Below, in pieces: positions 9,133 through 21,064 of a stretch of DNA of 27,540 nucleotides (position 1 is its first letter; each line of letters begins with the position of its first letter). Both the position numbers and the translations under genes were made by a program. The DNA comes from Picochlorum sp. SENEW3. Taxonomy: Eukaryota. The notes under the pieces were generated by a model that made no database searches, was not told the origin of the DNA, and saw only the letters and a list, made by a program, of their open reading frames with translations. Location of the stretch: assembly GCA_034226945.1 (NCBI GenBank), contig CP120464.1:744001-771540 (forward strand), given 5' to 3'.

Positions 9133-12100
9133 TCATTGTTTCTGAATGGCCACGAGGAGAAATATCTGCTTCCTGTCCGTCATCCACCGGTACAAGAATG
9201 GTATTTCCTCGCTATCGCGCTCGACATCGTAGTACACCCTGTTCTTCATGACTGGTCGAGAATGGAAGCCATTTTTTCGGGAGGCCCTGGAGAACGGCTC
9301 CAGACCCATCTCCGACATCATGTGCCTGATCATCTGATTGCGAGGCCGGCCTTCGATGTCGCGGGCTCTGCTCGGGGGGTAGGCAAGATCCACCCAGCCG
9401 TCGCTCCCTGGTGCCGTGTTGACGTTCTCACGCACCAGCCGCAGGCCTGGACCTCCTCCTCGCGGCGCGGTGGACGCCTCGCCCCGCAACGTGTGCAGGA
9501 GGAATCGGTTCAGGTCGTGCACCACGCCTTTCTCTCCGTACTCGTCGGAATAGCCGAGCAGGTAGGCCCGAGCCTTGAAGACGACATTGACGCGTGGGCG
9601 GGGGTGCCGCTCCACGCCGGCTGCCTTCATGGCGCTGTCCAACAGGGCCTTGGTGAACACGTGCACGCACCACGGGGCCCCCCTCAACGGGTAGCGGTGG
9701 TACGTGACATTCGCGTGCATGCCAACAATGTTCTTCTCGGCATCGGCAACTCCACAAGCGCGTAGGTAGGCAGCGAGAGATTTTTGGGGCGCGCCAGAAA
9801 AGCCGACGAATTCCAGGCAGGCGTACCCCCCCTTGTCCAGCAGGCCCTGGATCTGGCTGACGGTGGTGGCGACGGCGGCGGCGGGGCGGCCAGCCCTCCC
9901 TTTGAACAGGTACTCGTCGAAAAAGTCCGCATTGCTCGACACGAACTCTGGCAAGGTGAACGAGACGGACTGGGCCAGTCCCTCCGCCTGTGCCAGGCCA
10001 CCACATGCACCACCATCACCACCGTCCGGCTGGGGAGCCACCCTCGCAATGACATACACGGGACGAAAAGCTCCCTTCCTCGTGGCCTTTTCGTATTCCA
10101 GAGACACCCCCCTGTACGACTCATTTTCCAGCACCGCGGCGTTGTCTACCAGCTGCTTTCGGAGGGACGCCGCCTTCGGGTGGTCCCGCTGGAACCCCAG
10201 GTCGCCGAAGGCGAAATGAACGGCAGCCATGATGCTGTCGAACGACGCAGCGGACGACGCCCCGCTGGCCTTTGGCGTGTACCTGAGCATTGCTCGGGGT
10301 TTGCCGCCGCCCGCACCTCCCTCCTCCGCTCGTCCCTTCTCTCTTCTGGAAGGCTGCTGGATGTCACACATTCCGAGACGCCACAGGTTGTAGTGGATTC
10401 CGGTCGACCCGACGGCCAGTGAGAGCCACGAGCGGACGGTGCCGATGTGAACGTGGCCCACGCCGTGGTCGACGAGCATGGCCTGGACCTCGGTGGGGCT
10501 CAGGTGCAGACGCCCCTGGAGGGTGGGGGTGTCGAACAAGATACCATACTTCCCACTCGGCACAACCACCTCCCGCTTCCGAGCTCTCCTCGTGATGGAC
10601 ACGCCCTCCTCGTGCAACAGACTCTTCCCGTTCCGGTTGAGGAAATAGGCACGAACGAGCCCGTAGATCCATGCCCTCGTGGGAGTCGTCCCGCGCGGGA
10701 GGTATTTTTTCAACCGTGCCACGAGGCCCTCGGTGCGCTCCATCCACGCCACCACCTGCCACAACCCTTGGCACGCGCCGCTGGCGTGCTCTCCGAAGGT
10801 AGCCTCGAACAGGTTGGTGCTCGAGACGGACCCAAAGAGGCGGTAGACGTCGAGGAGCTGGTGCCGATGCGCGGCTGGCTGCCTGCTCCCGAACGTCTCG
10901 GCGACGCAGCGCCGCCTCCTCTCCTCCGCCTCGTGGGGATTCAACACGGAGTCGTTGAGGCTGCCATATATCCGTGAGGCCTCCATCTGGACCCCAAAAA
11001 ACGACCCCAGCATCGTTGCCAGTGCTTTCCTCCCGATCACCACACCCTCGCCACACGCCCCGCTGTGGCGGTCCCTGAATGTGTACCCGTACAGCCCCTT
11101 CAAGCGGTCCACGTCATCGTCGTCGACATCATCATCGTCGTCGACATCATCATCGTCGTGTTCCTCTTCTGGGCGTTCCGGGAGGCGGACGACCTGGATG
11201 CATGGCCTGAGCGCCTGCGGGAGGCCGCCGCGCCCGAACCACCCCAGGACAGTCGAGTCGGCATACTCCTGAAACTCCTTTGGGTACCCCCTCGCCCTCA
11301 TGGCGGCCTTGATTGGCGCGACCGCCTCCACCAGGCAGTCCGCCCGAACCGAAATAGCTGGCAGGTCCGTCTTGCCTTCGTACGGATGCACCAGCACCTC
11401 GATTCGAACACCACACGCAGCAGCCGTGTTTCCCCGGTCGCACAGCAACCGAAGATTCTCGGGGTCGTTGTTCCCCTTGTTCTGATCAATGTGATCGGTC
11501 GTCAGACGCCGCACGCGCCCACCGGCGTCCCAGAGCATCTTGACTTGCACCCCTCTGCCGTCGGCCGTCGGCCGGGCCACCTCCCCCAAGCCAGCGCCTC
11601 CTCCTCCCTCCACCGCGACTGCCGATCCCGTCCTCACCACCTGATGATACAACCGCGTGAAGGAAATTGCCGTATGAATGTAGCAGCTCGTTCCAGCCAC
11701 AGTCAGTGTGCGATAGTGCTGCTGTGGTGTGGTTTTAAGAGGCCGATCCAAAAAGAGCCACGAACCGTCGCTTGGTCTCCAGATGCACTTTTTCTCTGCG
11801 TATAGGAAAATCGTGGGGTCAACTTCGAGATCCACCCACAAAGGCCCGTCCCTTGCCCCCTGTTTGAATTGACGGTACACCTCGCGAGACACCCCGCCCT
11901 CCTCCAGCCTGGCCATGGCAAGCCCCTCGTCTTCCATGCACGCCGACGCCACCTCCTGCCGAACCGTGTCCAGGTCACCGAACGGGATAAACAGGGGATC
12001 GTCCGCCACGCTTTCGGATAAGAACGTCTCCCTATTGCGAGGGCGCGTGTTGACTGCCTGCTGGGCCCCGGTGGCCAGTTGCACCAATGCAGGCTGATTA

Positions 12101-13626
12101 TAGGCGTGGCTCCTGGTCAGGTGGTCCACGCTCAGACCCTCCTCCCACAATAGCCATTCGAACTCTTCCATGGGCATGTCGTACTTGGCCATGGCCGTCA
12201 CATGCCACAACGAGTAACAGCGCGTCTCGGAACCATTCCAGAATCTGACGCCCAAGAAGCCATTAGAATTCACCGGGTGCCGGAAGGCTGCGGTGTCGGT
12301 GTTGGTGATGCAGCGACCTTCCGCCGTGACGTACAGCATCCTGGTATCGTTGTATCCCAAAGACACCCTATTGAAGAAGAAATCCTCGGCCAAGACGTGG
12401 CGCGTGGCCCCGTGGTTCTCTTTGTCGGCACCCGGCAGCAACACATGGGAGCAAATCATTGCCCCCCAGCCCCGAGCATCCACCGAATACGTGAGCGCAC
12501 CAAAATGCAGCAACGCACACACCACTTTCTCGACGCTCATGCTGAGCCCTTCGGGGGTGTATTCCAGCATGTCGACGCCGTGCCGTGGAAAGACGGTACC
12601 AGCATCGCTGTCCGGAATCGGGTCACACATGTCCTCGGCCCGGGTCACACACGTCCACGCGTGGCGCGCACCATCTGGAATCAGGGCGAGCACGCAATCG
12701 GTCAATGTCGACCGGGCGTGGCTGCTGGCATTGCTCCCCGTCGAGCAGTAGATGCTCCAAAACGTCTCGTGCATCTCTTCCAGACCGCCAGCAAACGAGC
12801 AGGACAGCAGCGCCAGAAGAGCCACTTCGATGGGCAAACACCTACACAAATCCTCGTCGGACAGCACAACCTCGCCGAGCTTGGCACGACGCCTGGTATA
12901 CGTAGCGTCCGTTGCAGGCACCCGACGGCCGCAGTAGTCCCACACCATGCACAGCTTGCGCACGTCTTCCAGCGCTGCCGACAGCTGGTCGCCGTCATCA
13001 CGATAAAAGTACTTTGCAGAGGCCTCTTGCGAGGACAGCACGTCGACGACCGGCACGCGTCGTGCCCCAACACCGCCGGCGTCGGCGTCGGCGTCGGTGG
13101 TGAGACCTCTCAAGGTCCCGAGAAAGCCTGCAAGGCCACCAGCGCGTCCCGACGCTCTCAGCCGACGATCGACGAAAGGGCCCAGACCGCCAAACACGTC
13201 CTGCGCCTTCTGGCCTTCCTCCCGTTCCCCGCCACCTGCAACACACCACCATAATACTGATATTAGTATCGGTACGAGCGGTACCATCCGACAATCAGTC
13301 AACCAAGAAGGCAATCGAACGCACCCGGTCCATGAGGGTCGGCTGATCCAGGTGGTGCCAGAGGGACGGGTGCCATGGTCCCCAGAAGAAGAGACCGTTG
13401 ACCAGCTGCCACGCCGAGCCCCCCCTCCCCCGTGGTCGCCCGAGCCCGTTTCTGCAACAGCAACCATGATCGTCATTGCAACTATACATAGTACGAGGAA
13501 TGAAATGCAAGGCCGACGGCGGTGACGACGGCCGGGACGCACCTCGACTCCCAGAACTGTCCCAGTTCGCCTCTTTTTTGAATTCGACAGCAGCGTCTCA
13601 GCCCTCATGACGACCCCTGAATGCAT
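9133..13626 (-). CDS. Large protein (~1497 aa from the first ATG) with two NUMOD4/HNH homing-endonuclease-like domains
   Basis: Uninterrupted GC-rich ORF (open to 13740; first ATG 13626; true start uncertain). Domain 1 (12049-12339): LYVTAEGRC...NGFLGVRF...LWHVTAM...SVDHLTRSHAYNQPALVQLATGAQQAVN. Domain 2 (11449-11716): YRTLTV...YIHTAISF...TDHIDQNKGNNDPENLR. Confidence 0.75.
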   Translation of the reverse strand: MHSGVVMRAETLLSNSKKRRTGTVLGVEVRPGRRHRRRPCISFLVLCIVAMTIMVAVAETGSGDHGGGGARRGSWSTVSSSGDHGTRPSGTTWISRPSWTGCVRLPSWLTDCRMVPLVPILISVLWWCVAGGGEREEGQKAQDVFGGLGPFVDRRLRASGRAGGLAGFLGTLRGLTTDADADAGGVGARRVPVVDVLSSQEASAKYFYRDDGDQLSAALEDVRKLCMVWDYCGRRVPATDATYTRRRAKLGEVVLSDEDLCRCLPIEVALLALLSCSFAGGLEEMHETFWSIYCSTGSNASSHARSTLTDCVLALIPDGARHAWTCVTRAEDMCDPIPDSDAGTVFPRHGVDMLEYTPEGLSMSVEKVVCALLHFGALTYSVDARGWGAMICSHVLLPGADKENHGATRHVLAEDFFFNRVSLGYNDTRMLYVTAEGRCITNTDTAAFRHPVNSNGFLGVRFWNGSETRCYSLWHVTAMAKYDMPMEEFEWLLWEEGLSVDHLTRSHAYNQPALVQLATGAQQAVNTRPRNRETFLSESVADDPLFIPFGDLDTVRQEVASACMEDEGLAMARLEEGGVSREVYRQFKQGARDGPLWVDLEVDPTIFLYAEKKCIWRPSDGSWLFLDRPLKTTPQQHYRTLTVAGTSCYIHTAISFTRLYHQVVRTGSAVAVEGGGGAGLGEVARPTADGRGVQVKMLWDAGGRVRRLTTDHIDQNKGNNDPENLRLLCDRGNTAAACGVRIEVLVHPYEGKTDLPAISVRADCLVEAVAPIKAAMRARGYPKEFQEYADSTVLGWFGRGGLPQALRPCIQVVRLPERPEEEHDDDDVDDDDDVDDDDVDRLKGLYGYTFRDRHSGACGEGVVIGRKALATMLGSFFGVQMEASRIYGSLNDSVLNPHEAEERRRRCVAETFGSRQPAAHRHQLLDVYRLFGSVSSTNLFEATFGEHASGACQGLWQVVAWMERTEGLVARLKKYLPRGTTPTRAWIYGLVRAYFLNRNGKSLLHEEGVSITRRARKREVVVPSGKYGILFDTPTLQGRLHLSPTEVQAMLVDHGVGHVHIGTVRSWLSLAVGSTGIHYNLWRLGMCDIQQPSRREKGRAEEGGAGGGKPRAMLRYTPKASGASSAASFDSIMAAVHFAFGDLGFQRDHPKAASLRKQLVDNAAVLENESYRGVSLEYEKATRKGAFRPVYVIARVAPQPDGGDGGACGGLAQAEGLAQSVSFTLPEFVSSNADFFDEYLFKGRAGRPAAAVATTVSQIQGLLDKGGYACLEFVGFSGAPQKSLAAYLRACGVADAEKNIVGMHANVTYHRYPLRGAPWCVHVFTKALLDSAMKAAGVERHPRPRVNVVFKARAYLLGYSDEYGEKGVVHDLNRFLLHTLRGEASTAPRGGGPGLRLVRENVNTAPGSDGWVDLAYPPSRARDIEGRPRNQMIRHMMSEMGLEPFSRASRKNGFHSRPVMKNRVYYDVERDSEEIPFLYRWMTDRKQIFLLVAIQKQ

Positions 13627-14595
13627 GTATGTGATACTTGTAATATCTATATATATATACACGCGTACAGACAGACGAACCCTCGTCGGATGGGGCGACA
13701 AACAGTCGCACTGAATAAAAGTTTCGCGCGACACGCACACACACCTGTTCCGTATGATATGATACGCACCGATACCACTCTGCAGAGCTATGACTCTAGT
13801 GGTATGTATAATAATAATAAACTCTTGATAACTGCCGCTGACAGCATAGAGGCGCCCAACAAAACAGAGCCACGGAGGTCTGGTTACCGGTTGTTAGTTC
13901 ATCAGGGCCCATGGCCGAGGCCTCCTCCCAGGAGGTGTCCACTCAATACTACAATGCTCACAGCCCTCATGGCATGAGCAGCCATGAGGGCCTCCACCTG
14001 CCCCGCCCCCGGCCCCCTCAGGTTGACGCTCGTCGTGTTGTACATCCTTTCGATAGTGGATCCATTTTTTTAATTTTGGTTTGCTTTGATTTGATTTCTC
14101 TTCTTGTTCAACAGGGGTGCCGCAAGACAGCATGGCAAGAGGATGCCTACTACCCTCCACGTCTTTTACGCATCCAGGGACACCTACCTGGATGCGTACC
14201 ATCATCATGGCCATATATAACTCCATCAAAAAGAAAAAAATGCACCTCGCGCCAAGCCCTTGCGTGTGGCACCACCACACCAAGCAAACTCCGACACGGC
14301 CATGCGAGCTCGTTTCTCGAGAAACACCCTTCCTCGGCCACGGTGCACGGACCAATCGTCGTGCTCATATTATTTGATCTGATGATCAAAATGATAATAA
14401 TAATGATAACAACAATAACAGTAATAATCCCATCCATCCATATACATGGTTTGTAACTGCGCTGCGTGGAGGAGGGTCCTCATTCATGAGGATAGTGAAC
14501 AAGTTTTCCTTTGGAACACTTGTTTCAAAAGGAAAAAAAAAATAGAGAGAGGAGGAAACTTTCTTAATGTTTTATTTGAGGAAGAAAAGTTCCTT

Positions 14596-14607
14596 AAAAA
14601 AAAAAAA
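14596..14607 (-). terminator. RNA polymerase III terminator (T12)
   Basis: A T-run on the minus strand immediately after the tRNA discriminator base. Confidence 0.8.
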
Positions 14608-14679
14608 CGCCGAACCAGGGAATCGAACCCAGATCTCCTGCGTGACAGGCAGGAATACTAACCATTATACTAATTCGGC
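14608..14679 (-). tRNA. trnD-GUC: tRNA-Asp (GTC), 72 nt
   Basis: Acceptor stem GCCGAAT/GTTCGGC; D-arm TAGTATAATGGTTAGTAT; anticodon arm CCTGC-CTGTCAC-GCAGG; T-loop GTTCGATTC (one T-T mismatch in the T-stem); discriminator G; no encoded CCA. Confidence 0.95.
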
Positions 14680-14733
14680 TGCTGTGCTTGGTGCTTCGGA
14701 ATTTATGCCCATATATGTGGTGTTTTAGGGGAA

Positions 14734-17700
14734 TTTTTTTTTTTTTTTTTTTGAGCCGTGTTTTCTGCACGCCAAGGCCCTGGAACAGCGGATCCGACCG
14801 CCCCTTGGTGTGCTGAAGAAGCAAGAGAGTGAGAAAATCTGGGCCGACACAAAGTTGCTGCTTGCGTGGGCGGCCTCCTCGTGAGGGAACCCGGCTGCCT
14901 GTGCGACTGAGGAAGCTTGGGGTGTCAATGAGAAGCGCCCACGTTGCAAGTGGTTCCTTCCTGGTGGCCCGTGCCTGTCAGGAGACATAGCAGTGGCCGC
15001 CAGCTGGGTGTCCAGATACCATTCCAGGCATGTGAGGATTGCACTCACTAAAAACTCACTCCCACACCTCGGGATGGGATCACCCAACCCCTTGGCGTCG
15101 ACTGGTTGTTCTGGGCCGTCCAGACCAGACCCCGCTGTCTCCGAGCTGTTCTGCCGCCTCGGCGACATGGGAGTGAACAGCCCCGAGCCTGGGGGCGGTG
15201 GTCCTTTCAGCAAAGAACTGCCTTACACTAAACGGTGCATTGGCTCTGGGACGGACCGGGGGTGACCCTCTGCGCTGGGTCACCTTATCACGAATGTTCT
15301 GAAAGTGCTTGCCGAGCACTCGATGTAAAAATCTGCCTACACGTTGCCACAACGGGATCTGTGGCTGGCTGCTGCTGGCCTCGCCAATCGAGGCTGTGTC
15401 TTCTCCATCCTCGTCCTCATCCATCAGCCAAGACATGGCTGAGTCCTCTGGTGCCTGCATTGAGGAACCATCACTGTCTGTGTCCTGCACACTGGGCATC
15501 TCATCTGGAGGGCTCGTCCCTCGCACGTGAGTAGATAAATTGTTAGTATGGTCAGTAGAAGACGTAGATCGTAAGTCATACCGGTGGGACTCCCTGGCTG
15601 GCTGGGAGGGAGTCCCTTCCACGTGGGGGGCTGTCCCCCTGGCTGGCTGTGGGGACGGCGTGCCCACCCACATTTGCTGAAGATTCTGAAGAATTTCAGC
15701 GTCAGTGGTGGAGAGACCTCCAAGGCACGCTGTCCACACAGTGTCACTTCGACGTTGCAGCTGGTGGTCGTCGAAGAACTTGGTGATGGCGTCTATCGCT
15801 GGTCTGAGAATGGCTTCTCGCTGTTCCTGAAATGCTGGACACACCATGCCAATGTGGTGGAGGTCATCCCTCGGGGCGCTGTCACACGAGGGGCACACAC
15901 ATTCAAAGCCTGGCAAGAGGCACGTTTCGTGCCATTTGGACAATCTGTAGAGCAGGCCTGGCCACGCGTTCAGTCTGGTCCTAAGAAGCCGATGCATGTC
16001 CACAGGGGTGGTCCGATGTGTGCTAATCTTCAGGTATGTCTTCGTGTTCTGCATATTGTTGGCAAAGTAGTGTCCCCCAGCCGCTGCCGTGCTGGTGGAC
16101 CGGTATTCTCTGCTCAATGCCTCTTTCACTTGCTTAGCCACCGTCTTTGGCTGTAGGTCTTCAACATCTGCAGGCGAGAGTCCCAAGCGTGCCATCTGTT
16201 TGCTGAAAATCCTGCTGGAGGGCTGGGTCCAGCTGAGCCGAGAGAAGCTGCGGTCTCTGACGAAATCTGCAATCCAAGTATGGAGGTGACGCCATTTGAT
16301 CCATGCACGTACCCTTTGGGACGTAGCAATAGCGCTGATATTTGCTATGTCCAGTTCCTCGTGAACGATGTGGGTGCTGATGGCTCGCTTGTTCTTCATT
16401 CTGCCGACTGTGGTCAAGCGGAGAGCATTGTTCAGGATGCGCTGTACTGGAGGAATGTTGCACTGCTTGTCTGCCCAGACTTCTGCACCATAGCACAGCT
16501 GAGGGAGGAGGATACCATTGATCACCATCTTCTTCATCGCCACTGGGATGGAGGAGTGTGCCAGGAACGGGGCCAAGTGGCTGAGCGTTTTGGCCCCGGT
16601 GACTGCCCTGGCTTCTGCCATGGTAGCTGTGGATACCTCTGTGTCGATGGTGAGTCCCAGGTATGTATACTGATCCACAACTGGAATAACACTCCCTTGT
16701 GTACGCCAGACTGAATCTTTGGCTTTGCTGTGTGCAGGCTGATCGTGCAAGACCATGAGTCCGCATTTGTCGTGGCCAATCTTCATGTGCCAGGACGTCG
16801 CCCACTCCCCAAAGGCTGCCAGATTATCCCTCATCTCCGTGTCTGTATTGGCAAGAATCCATGACATAGTTGAACAGCAGGGGAGACAAGCTGTCCCCCC
16901 TGCCGCACCCCGCGTTCTAGTGGGGCCAGGTCTGAGGTTGTGGGACCCACTAGAACGCGGAAGGTACCGTTGGTATACAGGCGTTGAATGAAAGACCAGC
17001 ACTTACCTGAGACTCCTTTGGCTCTGAGGATGTGAAGCATGCCATTGTGTGGGACCATGTCAAAGGCTTTCTGGAGGTCCATGAAGGCGACATATGTCGG
17101 CTTCGCTTCTGCACCCCGTCTACCTGCAATTTCTATGAGGGTGGCGGCCTGTGCGTTGCACTCTTCCCGCAGGCGGAAGCCTGCTTGCTCCTTGCGCAGG
17201 CCTCCCGTGCCTGGGACTGCATGTTGTTGGAATCTGTTCGCGACAATTTTCGTGACCAACTTGAGCACGCAGGAGATTAAGCTGATACCTCTCCTGTTGC
17301 TCAAGTAGGTGAAATCCTTGTTTGGCTTGGGCAGGGAGACGACGAGACTGGTATTCAGGGCATCAGAGATGTTGCCCGAGAATACCGAGTTGCACGTCCG
17401 CAGCAAAACCGTGCCCATCGCCGATTCTGGGGAGCTGGAGGTCAAATCTACACGACACAAGCGAAGGAATTCGTTAGGGAGACCATCCATGCCAGGACAC
17501 TTACTGGTTTTGAGCTGGTGCAGGACACCATTCAATTCCTCCCATGTAATGTCTTCATTCAAGGCTTCAATCGGCGGCTGCTGTTCCATGGGCTGGTGGT
17601 CGGCCCACCATTGTAGCGATTGACTGTCTGGATCCGTGGCGAGCTGGCTATAATGGCATCGTGTGGCTGTCACGATGTCCTCTAGATCTTGGAGCATGTT

Positions 17701-19531
17701 GCCCTCCATGTCTCTGGTGGGAGGGACGGCTGGCAGTGAAGTTTGCTTCTTCGCAGACATGCTTTTAATCCAGCGCCACACTTTGGAGTAGTTGCCTTCG
17801 CGGAGTGGCCTGAGACCGCGCTCGATGTGCTTTGACCAGCCCTTTCTATTATCTTTCATTCGAAGGTGCTTGGCGCGCTGCCTGGCTTCGCGAGCCCTGC
17901 ACAAGCATTCCTCCGAGATGTCTTCTCCTCGCTGCTGGCTTCGTCTGATGGCTTGCGTCAAAGCACTGCTCTGTCTGATGGCGGTCTTGGTGGCGCTGGA
18001 GTGGGTATGGTGGAGGCGCTTCTGGTGGTGACCTTGGGCGACTGTGACATAGCAGGCATTGTCAGACAGCACTTCCTGGCTGAGCTGGATGAAGGCGTCT
18101 GTATTGAACTCTACGTCACCCAAGGCTGCAAGGGCCGCCCATCTGTTATCGTCCAAGATAGGGCGTCGACAGGTAAGCATTGTCTTCACATCCACGCGAC
18201 GCCTCGCTGGTCTGGCTACAGGACGGTGCTGGACCGTGTGCTGCAGGGGCAGGACAAGGGGCACGTGATCAGACGTATCGTACTCAGGTTTCGTCAACAC
18301 CTCTTGGGCAACAAATGGACGGGCACTGGCAGAGACCACGAAGAAGTCGATGGTGGAGGGGCTGAAACAAGTACCTGCAGGAAAACGAGTAAACTGGGAG
18401 TTATGGATGACTTCAAATGGTCCGTGGAGCTGAGTAGACAACTCCTCGAATGTCATGTTGAAGTCACCCCCTGCAATAATAGGAATAGTAGGATACTTAG
18501 TAGCATATGTGTTCAGCAGATCGAGAAACTCAGTCCAACACGCTGTGCGACGAAGGGCTGTTCTCTGCGATACCACTGGGAGGTACAGGTTCACGAAAAT
18601 ACAGTCAGTGTGTTGTAACAGTCCCGTGATCCGAATGGGTAATATGTTAGGATTAGCACACGGCAGCTCTACCACGGGCAATTCTTTATTGTACAAGATG
18701 CAGATGCCTCTTGCACCAGGAACGTCCCGGGTCATCGAGCGATGCACTGTATGATATCCACGCATATCCAGGGGGAAGGTATGGGCTTGGATCTGATGTT
18801 CTTGAATGGCGAGGATCTGCGGGCGCTGTTTTGCTAAGAGTTGGTCTATAGTGGCACGGTTGCCGTTGGCCGTTCTAATATTCCAACTAATTATACGTGG
18901 CAGGACATGTTTCTTCTGCAGGACGGGGTGCACGTCAGTAGAGGAACGGGATCGTACCTGACGTGCGTTTGCCCTCACACGGTACCCTCGGTGCGGTCTA
19001 ATACACCAGCCATAGTGCCACAGCAGATCGTCTCGGTGTCGCCAATGTGTCGTGCTATCCTCGGATTGCTCCCTGGGGTAAAGGAGGTCCAGCCATGCTT
19101 TGAGGTCATGGCTGGGCTCGCCATCCCTGTTGGTACGACAATACACGCTTCCCAAGGGGAATTGTGTACGTCCAGGGAGCGACTCCTTGTGTGGAGCACT
19201 GGTGGTAATAACGAACATGACCGTTGGGCGGATCTCCGACGAGATCTGCCGTGATCGAGAGCGGTTGGGGCGTCCAATCCTGATCCGCTCAATATGTTCG
19301 ATACGCACGAGTGAGTCCACCGGGAGCATATCCTGGAATATTTGGTATACCGTAGCAACCGTGGTTGCTGGTATACCCCACACAGCCCATGTGGCTAACT
19401 GTCGAGATCCGCGGGATGGTTCGACGATTAGACCCGAGGTGCCGTGTGGAAGAAGTTGCTCTGCCATGTTTAATTAGTCTAGAAACAGGTTTCTAAGGCT
19501 AAAAAACACGGGAGTGCGAGCACGACAGTGT
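14734..19531 (-). mobile_element. Near full-length non-LTR retrotransposon (single-ORF APE-RT LINE, RTE/RTEX-like architecture), copy 1
   Basis: About 64-nt 5' UTR, ATG at 19467, APE and RT domains, C-terminal CCHC finger, about 330-nt 3' UTR, A19 tail (T-run 14734-14752). The clade is tentative. Confidence 0.93.
15080..19467 (-). pseudogene. LINE polyprotein (APE endonuclease - RT - zinc finger), disrupted in the RT core
   Basis: APE: IISWNI, AIQEH, GGDFN, TIDFF, SDHVPL. RT: KCPGMDG, NRRGISLIS, EQAGFR, FMDLQKAFDMVPH, GVRQG. A second frame continues with YTYLG, LCYGAEVW and CPSC..DDLHHIGMVC. There is a frameshift at a G6 run (16895-16900) and no YADD motif. Confidence 0.9.
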
Positions 19532-19537
19532 AAAAAA

Positions 19538-21064
19538 TTTTTTTTTTTTTTTTTTGAGCCGTGTTTTCTGCACGCCAAGGCCCTGGAACAGCGGATCCGA
19601 CCGCCCCTTGGTGTGCTGAAGAAGCAAGAGAGTGAGAAAATCTGGGCCGACACAAAGTTGCTGCTTGCGTGGGCGGCCTCCTCGTGAGGGAACCCGGCTG
19701 CCTGTGCGACTGAGGAAGCTTGGGGTGTCAATGAGAAGCGCCCACGATGCAAGTGGTTCCTTCCTGGTGGCCCGTGCCTGTCAGGAGACAGAGCAGTGGC
19801 CGCCAGCTGGGTGTCCAGATACCATTCCAGGCATGTGAGGATTGCACTCACTAAAAACTCACTCCCACACCTCGGGGACATGGGAGTGAACAGCCCCGAG
19901 CCTGGGGGCGGTGGTCCTTTCAGCAAAGAACTGCCTTACACACGTTGCCACAACGGGATCTGTGGCTGGCTGCTGCTGGCCTCGCCACTCGAGGCTGTGT
20001 CTTCTTCATCCTCTTCCTCATCCACCAGCCAAGACATGGCTGCGTCCTCTGGTGCCTGCATTGAGGAACCATGACTGTCTGTATCCTGCACACTGGGCAT
20101 CACATGGGTGGAGAGACCTCCAAGGCACGCTGTCCACACCGTGTCACAAGAGGTCATCCCTCGGGGCACACACATTCAAAGCCTGGCAAGAGGCATACTT
20201 CGTGCCATTTGGACAATCTGTAGAGCAGGCCTGGCCACGCGTTCAGTCTGGTCCTAAGAAGTCGATGCATGTCCACAGGGGTGGCCCGATGTGTGCTAGT
20301 CTTCAGGTATGTCTTCGTGTTCTGCATATTGTTGGCAAAGTAGTGTCCCCCAGCGGCTGCCGTGCTGGTGGACCGGTATTCTCTGCTCAATGCCTCTTTC
20401 ACTTGCTTAGCCACCGTCTTTGGCTGTAGGTCTTCAACATCTGCAGACGAGAGTCCCAAGCGTGCCATCTGTTTGCTGAAAATCCTGCTGGAGGGCTGGG
20501 TCCAGCTGAGCCGAGAGAAGCTGCGGTCTCTGACGAAATCTGCAATCCAAGTATGGAGGTGACGCCATTTGATCCATGCACGTACCCTTTGGGACGTAGC
20601 AATAGCGCTGATATTTGCTATGTCCAGTTCCTCGTGAACGATGTGGGTGCTGATGGCTCGCTTGTTCTTCATTCTGCCGACTGTGGTCAAGCGGAGAGCA
20701 TTGTTCAGGATGCGCTGTACTGGAGGAATGTTGCACTGCTTGTCTGCCCAGACTTCTGCACCATAGCACAGCTGAGGGAGGAGGATACCATTGATCACCA
20801 TCTTCTTCATCGCCACTGGGATGGAGGAGTGTGCCAGGAACGGGGCCAAGTGGCTGAGCGTTTTGGCCCCGGTGACTGCCCTGGCTTCTGCCATGGTAGC
20901 TGTGGATACCTCTGTGTCGATGGTGAGTCCCAGGTATGTATACTGATCCACAACTGGAATAACACTCCCTTGTGTACGCCAGACTGAATCTTTGGCTTTG
21001 CTGTGTGCAGGCTGATCGTGCAAGACCATGAGTCCGCATTTGTCGTGGCCAATCTTCATGTGCC
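19538..21064 (-). mobile_element. LINE copy 2: 5'-truncated, five internal deletions, A18 tail
   Basis: Matches copy 1 from 14734 to about 16791 with blocks missing at about 15073-15162, 15229-15339, 15501-15705, 15748-15859 and 15878-15894. Confidence 0.93.

Noticed and set aside
9136..13525. Plus-strand and alternate-frame ORFs of 100-350 aa overlapping the large HNH ORF
   Set aside because: These are expected shadows of a GC-rich coding strand and show no recognisable motifs.
13740..14590. Several 86-181 aa ORFs between the HNH gene and the tRNA
   Set aside because: They run through microsatellites and homopolymers and show no recognisable domain.
19860..20170. LINE internal deletions as spliced-out introns
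   Set aside because: The junctions checked do not give clean GT-AG boundaries on the sense strand and are better explained by microhomology.
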